A stretch of DNA of 64,000 nucleotides from Candidatus Sumerlaeia bacterium (GTDB taxonomy: Bacteria; Sumerlaeota; Sumerlaeia; JADFCW01). Within the stretch, counting starts at the first letter, position 1. Each line of letters begins with the position of its first letter. This document shows, piece by piece, positions 1 to 10,025 of this stretch. Under the pieces are notes generated by a model. It was not told the origin of the DNA. It searched no databases and saw nothing but the letters and a program-made list of their open reading frames with translations. The position numbers and the translations under genes are program-made. The DNA is taken from assembly GCA_026415575.1 (NCBI GenBank), contig JAOAGV010000011.1, positions 625 through 64,624 on the forward strand, given 5' to 3'.

Positions 1-864
1 AAACGGCGGGGGCGGAACGGGAAGCGGGGCGGTTTTGGGCATTTCAGCGAGAACGACGCGAAAGCCGATCATCCACGATTTGTCGTCCGGCAGCGTGCCG
101 CTCCGGTTGGCCGAGCGGAGAAAACCCAGTTCGGTCGAGTGGCTGCCGCCGCGCGTGACGCGGAAGTCGCCGTCAGCGCGCCCGACCGGGTCGCTCTGTT
201 CGCCCGCTTCGTACGGCCCATACCAGTCGAGGCACCACTCCTCGACATTGCCGTGCATGTCGAAAAGGCCCCAAGCGTTGGGCGGCGTTTTGGCGACGGT
301 CAGGGGAACCGGCTTGTCGTCGGCGCGCCGGTCGCTGTCGGGATACCAGCTAACGCGTACGTTCTTGTGGAACTCTTTCGGCAGCGCATCGCCCGTGTGA
401 TACGGCGTTGCGGTGCTGGCGCGGCAGGCATACTCCCACTCCGCCTCGGTGGGCAGCCGATAGGACCGGCCTTCCTTTTTTGAGAGCCACGCGCAAAACC
501 TCATGGCATCTTCCCAACTCACAAACACGACCGCCTCATCGTCCCCGTTCGAGAAGCCGAGTTTGCCGCGAAGCGCGCGGTGCGAGGGCTCGAAGACCTC
601 GTATTGGGCATTGGTCACTTCGGTTGCGCCGATGTAAAAGGGCTGTGTAATGCGGACGGCATGCGCGGGCCGCTCATCCCAGTCGCCGCCGCTGTCCTGT
701 CCCATCGTGAAGCGTCCCGGTTCGATGCGAACGAGCGTCATGCCGAGCGTATTAACCATAGTCCGCCCGCCGGTTTCTTCCTTCTGCTTCACCGGCGCGC
801 CATAGAGGCAAAAACCGCTAAGAATCCACACCATTGCTGTTGCGCTCAGCCTTCGTCTTTTCAT
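1..864 (-). CDS. Secreted formylglycine-generating-enzyme (FGE/SUMF1-sulfatase) domain protein, partial (runs off the window edge)
   Basis: Not in the ORF track. Manual translation from ATG at 864 gives a signal peptide followed by IEPGRFTMG, DERPAHAV, EVTNAQY, YRLPTEAEWEYACRA, PNAWGLFDMHGNVEEW and IGFRVV, all FGE-sulfatase motifs. No stop before position 1. Confidence 0.9.
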   Translation of the reverse strand, partial: MKRRRLSATAMVWILSGFCLYGAPVKQKEETGGRTMVNTLGMTLVRIEPGRFTMGQDSGGDWDERPAHAVRITQPFYIGATEVTNAQYEVFEPSHRALRGKLGFSNGDDEAVVFVSWEDAMRFCAWLSKKEGRSYRLPTEAEWEYACRASTATPYHTGDALPKEFHKNVRVSWYPDSDRRADDKPVPLTVAKTPPNAWGLFDMHGNVEEWCLDWYGPYEAGEQSDPVGRADGDFRVTRGGSHSTELGFLRSANRSGTLPDDKSWMIGFRVVLAEMPKTAPLPVPPPPF

Positions 865-915
865 CGCCGTTGCCCTCGCTTTCCAGTCTGGAAAATCGAA
901 CCTTCCGCCTCGCGC

Positions 916-1776
916 CTACCTCACCGATGCGTCTTCCGGCAGGCCCAGTTTCTCGTAGAGCCCTCTGCGGCCCTTTTTGTCGCCATCCAAAACTGCCTGC
1001 GCATAGTTCGCAACATCGGCCGCCACTGCACGCGGCACCACAATCACGCCGTCGCCGTCAGCCACAATCACGTCGCCCGGCATGACCAGCACGCCGCCAA
1101 CCACCACCGGTCGGTTGACCGACTCCAGCTCGATGCGGCCCGGGCGAATGCCGCGGCCGACTTGGCGGCAATAGACCGGCAGCCCCTGATTCATCACCTC
1201 GTCGGTGTCGCGCGCCGTGCCGTTGCTAACCACGCCGACGCAGCCGCGCGCCCGCCAGCCCATGCTGTTGTTCGAGCCAATGGGGCCGACATCCACGCGC
1301 GGGCCGGCGATGTTGTCCGTCACCAGCACCGACCCTTTGCGCAGAATCGGCCCGAACGCTTCGGGCGCAAACGTGCCATACCAATGGCTGACCCATTTCC
1401 GAAATTCCTCGGTCGGCATGCGGCCGGCGGCGCCTTTTTGCGACGGCACCCAACGCACCGTGACCGCCACGCCGACGATGCGATGCGTGAACTCCTTTGT
1501 GTCGCGCCACAGCGGCCGGATCTCTGGATCCATGTTGCCGACGTTCTGCAAACCTACGGCGTCCATGCCGTCGCAAACATCGGCCACGCGCAGATTCTTA
1601 AACATCCCGATCAACTTCATATCCTCTTCTTCGCTATAAACCTTTGTTTCGAGGAAATTCTTGCCTGCGCGCAGCTGCTCGACATCCACCTTTGCCGCGC
1701 CGGCAAAGCTTGGGCTTCCCAGTGTCGCCAAAACGACAAAGATTGCGGCCCATGCCCATGCGTTTGGTTTGCTCAT
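916..1776 (-). CDS. RraA/HMG-aldolase family protein with N-terminal signal peptide
   Basis: LRVADVCDGMD, IVGVAVTVR, GVVSNGTARD and VMPGDVIVADGDGVIVVP motifs. AAAGGAG RBS upstream of MSKPNAW. Confidence 0.85.
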   Translation of the reverse strand: MSKPNAWAWAAIFVVLATLGSPSFAGAAKVDVEQLRAGKNFLETKVYSEEEDMKLIGMFKNLRVADVCDGMDAVGLQNVGNMDPEIRPLWRDTKEFTHRIVGVAVTVRWVPSQKGAAGRMPTEEFRKWVSHWYGTFAPEAFGPILRKGSVLVTDNIAGPRVDVGPIGSNNSMGWRARGCVGVVSNGTARDTDEVMNQGLPVYCRQVGRGIRPGRIELESVNRPVVVGGVLVMPGDVIVADGDGVIVVPRAVAADVANYAQAVLDGDKKGRRGLYEKLGLPEDASVR

Positions 1777-2020
1777 TGGTCCTGCTCCTTTCCATCTGGT
1801 GTTGATTGCTCCACCCCGCGTGAAAGTGTAAAGCGCCGACTGCCGGATGCAAGATGGAAGTTGCCGCCCCTGCCATATTCCCCGCTCTGGATCACGCCGG
1901 CGGGGATTCACGTTTTTAGAATTTGCATGTCCGAATCTGTTTGCAAAACCGTTCCTCCGAGGGCATTTCATTCCCGGCGTTGCCGAGCACGCGCACCATC
2001 AGCGAAGAGGAGCCTGTAAC

Positions 2021-3718
2021 ATGGGCGAAGAAAAGGCAGCCTTCACCATTCTGGATTGGATCGTACTGGGCGGCTACTTTGTCGGCATCACGGCGTTTGG
2101 CCTGTGGATGGCCCGGCGCATCCGAAGCAGCGGCGGCTTCTTTCTGGGCGAACGCAAGCTGCCATGGTGGATCATGATCGGACAAGCCTTCGGCACGGGA
2201 ACCCATGCGGAGAATCCGGTGGCCCAAGCCGGCGCGTCGTTCGACAAGGGCTTCGCCACCATCTGGTATCAGTGGAAAAACATGCTCATTACGCCCTTCT
2301 ACTGGCTGATGGCGCCGTGGTATCGGAGGGCCGAGCGCACCACCATCGGCGAAATTGTCGAGGACCGCTACGGCCGGTTTATGGCTTTTGTCTATACGGT
2401 CTTTGCACTGGCCTATTTTGTGTTCAATCAGGGGGCCATGTTGAAAGGCGCAGGCAAGGCGATCTCGATGGCCACGGGCGGCGAGGTCATTTCGCCCAAC
2501 GGCGTCGTGGCCGCCATGGTCGTGACGTTCATTCTTTACAGTGTATTGGGCGGACTGGTTGCGTCGGCTTATACCGACTTTGTCCAGGGTTTTCTGATCA
2601 TCACGTTGTCGTTTATGTTGATTCCGGGCGGATTGAGCGCCGTCGGCGGATTCAAAGGCATGCGCGAGGTGTTGTCGCCCGACTTCTTTCAACTCTATAG
2701 CGACGTCAGCGGCGTGACGCTCTTTACGATCACTATGTTGACGTTGAACGGCTTGGTCGGCATTACGGCCCAGCCGCACATTCTCTCAATGAACGCGACG
2801 GGGCGGACCGAGCGCGCCGGCCGCGTCGGCCAGACCTACGGCAACATGGTCAAGCGGTTCTGCACCATCGGCTGGGCGCTGACGGGCCTGATTGTCGCTG
2901 CGCTGGTCATCCGGCAGGGCGCAAAGCTGGAAGACCCCGAAAGTGCGTTCGGCTACGCAAGCCTGCATTTGCTCAGTCCCGGCCTGACCGGCCTGATGGT
3001 GGCGTGCATTCTGGCGGCCAACATGTCCACTTGCTCGAACTTTATGGTCAACGGCGCAGCGCTGTTCACACAAAACTTCTATCGTTGCTACTTCCGGCCG
3101 GCGGCGGGCGACAAGGAGTTGCTGATCGTCGGCCGCATTTCGGCCCTCGTCCTGGCGTTGTTGGGGATTATGTTCGCCTTCTACGTCACCAGTGTCCTGC
3201 ACGCGTTTCTGTTTGTCGAAACCCTGCCCGCGTTTCTGGGCGTCATGATTCTGGGCGGCATTCTCTGGCGCCGTGCCAACCGGTGGGGGGCGCTCGCCGC
3301 CACGCTGAGTTCAATTGCCATCTACTATTGGATCAACTTTCAGGACACCGGCACGCTGCAACTGGTCTATAAGTGGAAGCCTGCGCCCTTCGGCTGGTCC
3401 ATGCTGACCGGATTTACGGCGCTTGTGGTTGTGAGCCTGCTGACGCGCCCGGAGAGCAAGGAGCGAATCGAAAAGTTCTTCGATAATATGAACCGCTCGA
3501 CCGACGGCGAAGGCTTGCCCGACGGACAGCCCAAACCACTGGCCGCCGAACTCGGAACCGACCTGCTTCTGCTCGATCTGACCGGCTGGTTCCGGCGCGA
3601 CCGCTGGCGCGGCTTTTTCCGCCGCTATCGCGAAGACCTCGTTGGCTTCGCTCTGGCGTGGCTGGTGGTCGGCTTGCTCCTTGCCATTGCATGGGGACTG
3701 ATGCAACTGGGCAAATGA
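2021..3718 (+). CDS. Sodium:solute symporter (SSS) family protein
   Basis: DWIVLGGYF, FFLGERKLPWW, GGLVASAYTDFVQ and ILAANMSTCS motifs; many TM helices; GAGGAG RBS before ATG 2021. Confidence 0.9.
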   Translation: MGEEKAAFTILDWIVLGGYFVGITAFGLWMARRIRSSGGFFLGERKLPWWIMIGQAFGTGTHAENPVAQAGASFDKGFATIWYQWKNMLITPFYWLMAPWYRRAERTTIGEIVEDRYGRFMAFVYTVFALAYFVFNQGAMLKGAGKAISMATGGEVISPNGVVAAMVVTFILYSVLGGLVASAYTDFVQGFLIITLSFMLIPGGLSAVGGFKGMREVLSPDFFQLYSDVSGVTLFTITMLTLNGLVGITAQPHILSMNATGRTERAGRVGQTYGNMVKRFCTIGWALTGLIVAALVIRQGAKLEDPESAFGYASLHLLSPGLTGLMVACILAANMSTCSNFMVNGAALFTQNFYRCYFRPAAGDKELLIVGRISALVLALLGIMFAFYVTSVLHAFLFVETLPAFLGVMILGGILWRRANRWGALAATLSSIAIYYWINFQDTGTLQLVYKWKPAPFGWSMLTGFTALVVVSLLTRPESKERIEKFFDNMNRSTDGEGLPDGQPKPLAAELGTDLLLLDLTGWFRRDRWRGFFRRYREDLVGFALAWLVVGLLLAIAWGLMQLGK

Positions 3719-3770
3719 GATAAATCAGAAGCTATCTCACAAACAAATACCGGGGAAACGTGTTCCGGCA

Positions 3771-4793
3771 ATGCAAGCGATGGTTTTAGAACAAGCGCGC
3801 GCGGCCGAGGAAAGGCCCTTGGTTTTCCGCGAGGCCGACCGGCCGTTGCCGCAGCGCGGGGAAATTTTGATCGCCGTCGAGGCCTGCGGCGTTTGCCACA
3901 CCGATCTCCATACGGTCGAGGGCGAATTGCCCCTGCCCAAATTGCCCGTCATCCCCGGCCATCAGGTGGTTGGCCGCGTGGACTCGGTCGGCGAGGGCGT
4001 CGGGCGGTTTCGCATCGGCGACCGCGTGGGCGTGCCGTGGTTGTATTCCACCTGCGGGCGCTGCCGGTTTTGCACGACCGACCGCGAGAACCTTTGCGAG
4101 GCCGCGCAGTTCACCGGTCTCCACGCCGACGGCGGCTATGCCGAGTTCATGACAGCACGCGCCGACTTTGCCTATCCGATTCCGGACGGCATGACCGCCG
4201 TCGAGGCCGCGCCGCTGCTGTGCGGCGGGATTATCGGCTTTCGCTCGCTGAGGCTATGCGGGGCCGAACGCAGCGGCCGTTTGGGGTTGTATGGTTTCGG
4301 CAACTCGGCCCATTTGGCCATTCAGGTCGCGCGCCATTGGGGTTGCGAGGTCTATGTGTTCACACGCAGCGAGCACCATGCGCAGCTGGCGCGGCAGTTG
4401 GGCGCCGCATGGACGGGCCGCGCGGAAGAGACGCCACCGGCCAAACTGGACGCCGCGATCATTTTTGCTCCCGCCGGCCAATTGATTCCGCTGGCCCTGC
4501 GCGCGATGGACAAGGGCGCCACGCTCGCTCTGGCCGGCATTCACATGTCGCCGATGCCCGAAACACCGTATGCCCTGCTCTACGATGAGCGCGTTGTGCG
4601 GTCGGTCGCCAACAGTACGCGGCGCGACGCCGAGGATTTCCTCGCCATCGCCGCCGCCATCCGCATCCAAACCGAAGTGCAGACGTTTCCTCTGGAGCAG
4701 GCCAACGACGCGCTGCTTCGCCTCAAGCGCAGCGAGATTTCCGGCTGCGCCGTGCTGACGTTGGAACGACACACCCCCGCGCCGAATCGGTAA
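3771..4793 (+). CDS. Zinc-binding alcohol dehydrogenase family protein
   Basis: CGVCHTDLH, PGHQVVG, structural-Zn CGRCRFC...ENLC and GLYGFG Rossmann motifs. Confidence 0.92.
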   Translation: MQAMVLEQARAAEERPLVFREADRPLPQRGEILIAVEACGVCHTDLHTVEGELPLPKLPVIPGHQVVGRVDSVGEGVGRFRIGDRVGVPWLYSTCGRCRFCTTDRENLCEAAQFTGLHADGGYAEFMTARADFAYPIPDGMTAVEAAPLLCGGIIGFRSLRLCGAERSGRLGLYGFGNSAHLAIQVARHWGCEVYVFTRSEHHAQLARQLGAAWTGRAEETPPAKLDAAIIFAPAGQLIPLALRAMDKGATLALAGIHMSPMPETPYALLYDERVVRSVANSTRRDAEDFLAIAAAIRIQTEVQTFPLEQANDALLRLKRSEISGCAVLTLERHTPAPNR

Positions 4794-4811
4794 AAGGACG
4801 CCCAACATCCT

Positions 4812-6368
4812 ATGCAACCCGTCCAGTCCGGCGAACTTCACAAAAAGATTGGTTTGATTCTCGGCCTTGTCTTGTTCGCCCTTCTGTTGTGCGTGCGATT
4901 CGGCCCCGACGCCCGCATCCATCGCATGGCCGCAATCGCCGCGCTGATGGCCGCATGGTGGATGACCGAGGCGATTCCTCTGGCGGCCACGTCGCTTTTG
5001 CCTTTGGTGCTGATGCCGGTGCTGAAAATCTCGCCGCCGGAATCCGTCGCCCAATCCTATATGAACGATTACATTTTTCTGTTTATCGGCGGCTTCACCA
5101 TCGCGCTGGCCATGGAGCGGTGGAACCTGCATCGCCGCCTTGCGATTCATACGCTACGTCTGGTCGGCGACCGGCCGCGCCGCCTCGTGCTCGGCTTCAT
5201 GATCGCTACCGGCGTTCTCTCGATGTGGATTTCCAATACCGCAACGGCCATGATGATGATGCCCATCGCGCTGTCGGTGATTTTGCTGGCCGAGGAACAC
5301 CAAAAGAACGGCGCGCGGGCCGACGGCGGGACTTCGCCAGCCCAATTCGGACTGGTTCTGATGCTCGGTGTGGCCTACGCGGCCAGCATCGGCGGCATCG
5401 GCACGCTGGTCGGCACGCCGCCCAATGTGATTTTCGCTTCCCGGTTCCAAAAGGAATTTCCCGGTGCCCCCGAAATCAGTTTCACCGCCTGGATGTTTCT
5501 GGCCGTCCCGTTTGCCGTTCTATTCCTGCTGATTACGTGGGTGCTGCTAACATTTGTTCTCCATCCGCTGCGCGGCGAGCGGTTCATCGGCGGCCGCGAG
5601 GCCATTGCGCGCGAACTGGCCGGACTGGGGCCGCTGAGCCGCGCCGAAACCGGCGTATTGATTGTTTTCATTACGACCGCCCTCCTGTGGATTTTCCGCG
5701 TCAGCATCCCCATTGATCGTTTCACCCTTCCCGGCTGGAGCAATCTGTTGGGGCTGGCGGACGAAAAGACCCGATGGGTCGGCGACGGCACGGTGGCCAT
5801 GGCCGCCGCTCTGGCGCTTTTTTTCATCCCCTCGGGCCGTCAAAAGGGCGAACGCCTTGTGGATTGGAAAACCGTCGAGGACTTGCCGTGGAATGTGCTG
5901 TTTCTATTCGGCGGTGGATTTGCGCTGGCCGACGGCCTGACGGCTTCGGGACTTTCCGACTGGGTCGGCGACCAATGCCGCTCGTTCGGCCACATGGCCG
6001 TCGCCACGCAGATTCTGGCCATTTCAGGGGTAACGACAGCGCTCAGCGAACTGGCCTCGAACACGGCAACGGCCAACATGGTGTTGCCGATTCTGGCGGG
6101 CGTGGCCAAGTCCATCCCGATGAACCCGCTTGCGCTGATGCTGCCGGCGGCCATCGCGGCGTCGTTTGGATTCATGCTGCCAGTGGCCACGCCGCCCAAC
6201 GCCATTGTGTTCGGCACAGGCTATGTCCCCATGGGTGCCATGGTGCGGGCAGGCCTGATTCTCGATCTGGTCGGGATGGTCTTGCTTGTGGCGCTGGTGT
6301 ATTTTGTTGCCATTCCACTTTGGCAGATTGACCCATTGCACCTGCCGGTGGAATGGCTGGCAAAGTGA
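4812..6368 (+). CDS. DASS/SLC13 sodium:dicarboxylate/sulfate symporter
   Basis: WWMTEAIPL, SMWISNTAT, GTLVGTPPN, ELASNTAT and FMLPVATPPNAI motifs. Confidence 0.92.
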   Translation: MQPVQSGELHKKIGLILGLVLFALLLCVRFGPDARIHRMAAIAALMAAWWMTEAIPLAATSLLPLVLMPVLKISPPESVAQSYMNDYIFLFIGGFTIALAMERWNLHRRLAIHTLRLVGDRPRRLVLGFMIATGVLSMWISNTATAMMMMPIALSVILLAEEHQKNGARADGGTSPAQFGLVLMLGVAYAASIGGIGTLVGTPPNVIFASRFQKEFPGAPEISFTAWMFLAVPFAVLFLLITWVLLTFVLHPLRGERFIGGREAIARELAGLGPLSRAETGVLIVFITTALLWIFRVSIPIDRFTLPGWSNLLGLADEKTRWVGDGTVAMAAALALFFIPSGRQKGERLVDWKTVEDLPWNVLFLFGGGFALADGLTASGLSDWVGDQCRSFGHMAVATQILAISGVTTALSELASNTATANMVLPILAGVAKSIPMNPLALMLPAAIAASFGFMLPVATPPNAIVFGTGYVPMGAMVRAGLILDLVGMVLLVALVYFVAIPLWQIDPLHLPVEWLAK

Positions 6369-6539
6369 GCTGCGGGATGGAGGTTGTGGGCTGTGCGAAA
6401 GAAATCAGGGCGGCAACTGCAAGAAACAAAAGACACAAAAGCAGGCCGGATGGAACGATTTCAAACTTGAAAGTGCCCGACCGCACCGGATAACTCTGTA
6501 CATGGATGTCGCAATCTGCAACGCGAACAGGAGCGTATC

Positions 6540-7352
6540 ATGAAGCTGATTTTCTTCACCAAGTTCCTGACGGGGTTGACCGCCAAAGAGGTCGGAGAAA
6601 CCGCAAAACGACTGGGGGTTGACGGTCTCGATCTGGCCATCCGCAAAGGCCAGTGCGTCAATCCCGACAATGTTGCCGAGGCGCTGCCCGAAGCCATGAA
6701 GATTTGGAAGGAAATGGGGCTCTCGGTGCCGCTTGCTTCGATGGAGACACGACAGACCGACCCGCGCGATGCCGGCGTCCGCCGCCTGTTCGAGGCCTGC
6801 GGCAAGGCCGGTATCCGCGAAATCAAAATCGGCTACTGGAAGTGGTCCCCGAACCAAGCCTACTGGCCGACGGTCGAGACCATCCGCGCCGACTTAAAAT
6901 TGTTCGAGGCCCTCGGGCGCGATTGCGGCTGCCGTACGCTCATCCACAATCATTCCGGCGCCAACTACGGAGGCAATGCCAGCCAGATTATGCAGCTGGC
7001 GCGTGGCTTTGATCCCAAGTTCATCGGCGCCTACCTCGACCCGGCCCACTTGGCCATTTGCGGCGAGGCGGTGGATATGGCTCTCGACATCGTCCGCGAC
7101 TATCTGGCCATGATTGCGGTGAAGAACTGCCGTTGGACCAGCACCGTCAAGGATGGCGTGGCCAACTGGAAGACCGAGTGGTGTTTGTTGAATGAGGGTG
7201 TAGTGAACTGGCCGCGCGTCATCGAGTTGCTGAAAAAACGCGGCTATGACGGCTGGCTCAGTGTGCATGGCGAGTATTCCGGGCCGGAAGACCGCGAGGC
7301 TGTGCTTGCCAACGTGGTCAAGGACGTCCCATTTCTCCGAAAGTTCCTATAG
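6540..7352 (+). CDS. Sugar phosphate isomerase/epimerase (xylose-isomerase-like TIM barrel)
   Basis: DGLDLAIR, IHNHSG, YLDPAH, AVKN and SVHGEY motifs; AGGAG RBS. Confidence 0.8.
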   Translation: MKLIFFTKFLTGLTAKEVGETAKRLGVDGLDLAIRKGQCVNPDNVAEALPEAMKIWKEMGLSVPLASMETRQTDPRDAGVRRLFEACGKAGIREIKIGYWKWSPNQAYWPTVETIRADLKLFEALGRDCGCRTLIHNHSGANYGGNASQIMQLARGFDPKFIGAYLDPAHLAICGEAVDMALDIVRDYLAMIAVKNCRWTSTVKDGVANWKTEWCLLNEGVVNWPRVIELLKKRGYDGWLSVHGEYSGPEDREAVLANVVKDVPFLRKFL

Positions 7353-7417
7353 ATCACCAACCATCTAAATGTTTCCAGAAAATTGGGATAATCTGGATGC
7401 TATTTGTGCATTATATA

Positions 7418-7445
7418 ATACTATATAATGAATATTATGTTCATA
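7418..7445 (+). other. dif-like XerCD recombination site candidate
   Basis: ATACTATATAA-TGAATA-TTATGTTCATA. The core ATAATGAATATTATGTT matches the E. coli dif core at 16/17; the outer arms diverge. Lies in an AT-rich intergenic patch. Confidence 0.4.
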
Positions 7446-7744
7446 CTGAATTAATAATGCAAATAAAAATGCTTTTTATTCAGTTTTATTATTTTCACTC
7501 CAGTATGTGATTCTAATGAAATGACCTCCAAGATTCTTGAAGTCGTTTTCCCCAACAAACCACAAAAATCATTCTCACGTCATGTTTTTTCCTATTTGAT
7601 CGCGTCGCCATGCTGGATGGCAGACCTAGTCCAAAACAATGCCATTCGGACTGCCAAAGGTGAGGGGATACGGCATTGATACGCAGTTCCCGACACATCG
7701 TGGCTGCAAGCCGTCGGGCAGAGATACCAACACGGACCTTTTGA

Positions 7745-8275
7745 ATGGACTTGGCCAAAACAGCAGCAAAAACCGTTTTGTTTGTTGCCATTCTTGCTGG
7801 CGCAGCATGTTCGTTCACCCCTCCGGCACAAAGGGTATGGGAAAACCCCATGCCCGCGCCGCCTGCCGGTTTGCCCGACCTGTCCGGCACGGATAGTCTG
7901 ATTGTCGAGCCGCGGCCAATGCCCGTCGAGCCGGTTGGTTTCCAGCAAGTTCCCCCTTTGGACATTTTCCCGGTCGAGCCCGTGTTTGTGCAGCGCGGCA
8001 TCGCGTCATGGTATGGCGGCCGGCATCACGGACGCAAGACGGCCAGCGGCGAGCGATACGATAAAGGCGACCTGACTGCTGCCCACCGTACCTTGCCGTT
8101 CAATTCGATTGTACGCGTGCGCAACCTGACCAATCAGCGGGAAGTGATTGTGCGGATCAACAACCGCGGACCGTTTGTGCGGGGGCGGATTATTGATCTG
8201 TCCGAGGCGGCCGCCCGCGAACTCGGTATGATTCGCGCCGGCATTGTCCCCGTTGAAATCGAGGTCATTCAGTAG
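7745..8275 (+). CDS. rlpA: Septal ring lytic transglycosylase RlpA family lipoprotein
   Basis: Lipobox GAAC; GIASWYG, GRKTASGE, TAAHRTLP and RINNRGPFVRGRIIDLS motifs. Confidence 0.92.
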   Translation: MDLAKTAAKTVLFVAILAGAACSFTPPAQRVWENPMPAPPAGLPDLSGTDSLIVEPRPMPVEPVGFQQVPPLDIFPVEPVFVQRGIASWYGGRHHGRKTASGERYDKGDLTAAHRTLPFNSIVRVRNLTNQREVIVRINNRGPFVRGRIIDLSEAAARELGMIRAGIVPVEIEVIQ

Positions 8276-8432
8276 AGTCGGCCGACCCGCGCGACCTCGC
8301 CGTCCGCTGTGAGATTGTCGAGTTCCCCTTTGCCGGCTCGTTTCTGATGCATCGAGTTCCCCCTCACTGGGGGCCCTCCTACCTTAGTTGCCCATCAAAG
8401 TCGGCACTACGGATATTTTCCGACAGGCCCCT

Positions 8433-10025
8433 CTATGTAGGATTCACCCGATGCGGGGCATACCAGTTGCGCTCGGCCCATTTGTGAATGTAGCGGTTGG
8501 TCGGCAATACATCCTCGGTGCGAAGGGTCCATGCCAGCAATTCCTGCATCATTTGCATCTGGACGGCGGATAGCGACGGGTCGTTGAAGCGGTTGCGCAG
8601 TTCCGCCGGGTCCGACTTCAGATTATACAACTGGCCGTTTCCCATCATATCAAACACCAGTTTCCAGTCGCCCATGCGAACCATTTTGATCGTCCCGCTT
8701 TGGCTATAGGAATTTAGTTCGTCGAAGATGTTTTTCACAGGACGCTTGATCACCGGATGATCAAAATCCAGCGTATCCGTCTCCTCGAAAAACAAGCCCC
8801 CCACACCACCTTCCGCATACATGCTCCGAAACTCCGCTTCGGGATGGGGACGTCCTTGCAGCAACGGCCAGAGGCTACGGCCCTGAACGCCTTCGGGCAA
8901 ATCCACCCCCAGCATGTCGCATAGCGTGGGCATGACATCGGCCAGCGAGACGCAGGCCGGATGATGAGGCCGGCCCGATTGAATGCCGGCGCCGACCCAA
9001 ATCATCGGAACGCGCACAAGGCACTCGGGCAGTTCGACGCCCTTTTTGTGCAACCCATAGTCGCCCATAAAGTCGCCGTGGTCCGCCACGAACACAATCA
9101 CTGTGTTGTCCATGCGGCCGCTCTTGTCCAAATACTCGACAAAACGTTTCACTTGGTCGTCTATCAGCCGCAGCATGCCGCAATAGTTTGAACGCACGCG
9201 CCGCCACAGGCTCTCGTAGTTGGGGATGTAGTGCAACAGCAGCTGGCGCTGCCAACGCCACTTGAAACTGCGGTTTTCCAACGCTTCCGCACCCGCCGCG
9301 CGGTCGGGCACGGCGTCCGGCGGAAACATGTCCCAATAGGGCTTGGGAACCTGATAGGGATTGTGCGGTTCGGGAAACGACAGCCACAAGAACCACGGCT
9401 GGTCCTTCGTGGCCTCGACAAACTGAATGGCGTCGGTGACCATGCGGTAGGGGTGTTGTGCTTCGAGCGGGAAAGGCGTCGGCTCGGTGCTGATCTCGTC
9501 AACCAGTTCGAGGAGCCAGCGTGCGAACTCCTTCTCGCGCACGGCGGCAGCGTTTGGGCCCGGCGCGCCGTCCCAGTGGCCGTAGGGGCGCCACGTGTCG
9601 AAGCCTTTGGCCTGCAGGTGCGAATGATTTTTTCCGCATAGCGCAAGGCGATAGCCTTTGTCGCGCAACACGTCAGCGAGATCGCGCGTGTAGAAACAGT
9701 GGCGGATGCCGTTGTTTTCGCGCACGCGATGGGCCTTGGGGAAGCGGCCGGTGAACAGGCTGCAGCGCGCCGGCGCGCAAACCGGGTCGGTCGTATAGGC
9801 GTGGGGAAAGCGGGTGCCTTGCTGCGCGAGTGAATCGAGAAACGGCTGGGTGTCCAGAGGGAAGCCGGCCAGTTTCGTAAAGTCTGCCCGCTGTTGGTCG
9901 GTCATGATGATGACAATGTTGGGCAGGTCGGTTTTCGGCTTGGCAGCAGGCGCGGCCTTTGCGGCGGGCAACACGGCGGCCGCAGCACCACCGCCGAGAG
10001 TCTGAAGAAAGTTTTTCCGTTTCAT
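8433..10025 (-). CDS. Cys-type sulfatase with Tat-like signal
   Basis: PNIVIIMTDQQR, CAPARCSLFTG (CxPxR), GKNH, PHNP and ADHGD...KG motifs; N-terminus MKRKNFLQ. Confidence 0.92.
   Translation of the reverse strand: MKRKNFLQTLGGGAAAAVLPAAKAAPAAKPKTDLPNIVIIMTDQQRADFTKLAGFPLDTQPFLDSLAQQGTRFPHAYTTDPVCAPARCSLFTGRFPKAHRVRENNGIRHCFYTRDLADVLRDKGYRLALCGKNHSHLQAKGFDTWRPYGHWDGAPGPNAAAVREKEFARWLLELVDEISTEPTPFPLEAQHPYRMVTDAIQFVEATKDQPWFLWLSFPEPHNPYQVPKPYWDMFPPDAVPDRAAGAEALENRSFKWRWQRQLLLHYIPNYESLWRRVRSNYCGMLRLIDDQVKRFVEYLDKSGRMDNTVIVFVADHGDFMGDYGLHKKGVELPECLVRVPMIWVGAGIQSGRPHHPACVSLADVMPTLCDMLGVDLPEGVQGRSLWPLLQGRPHPEAEFRSMYAEGGVGGLFFEETDTLDFDHPVIKRPVKNIFDELNSYSQSGTIKMVRMGDWKLVFDMMGNGQLYNLKSDPAELRNRFNDPSLSAVQMQMMQELLAWTLRTEDVLPTNRYIHKWAERNWYAPHRVNPT

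Noticed and set aside
7353..7600. Replication origin in the AT-rich patch
   Set aside because: Only isolated mismatched DnaA-box-like words, and no dnaA/dnaN nearby.
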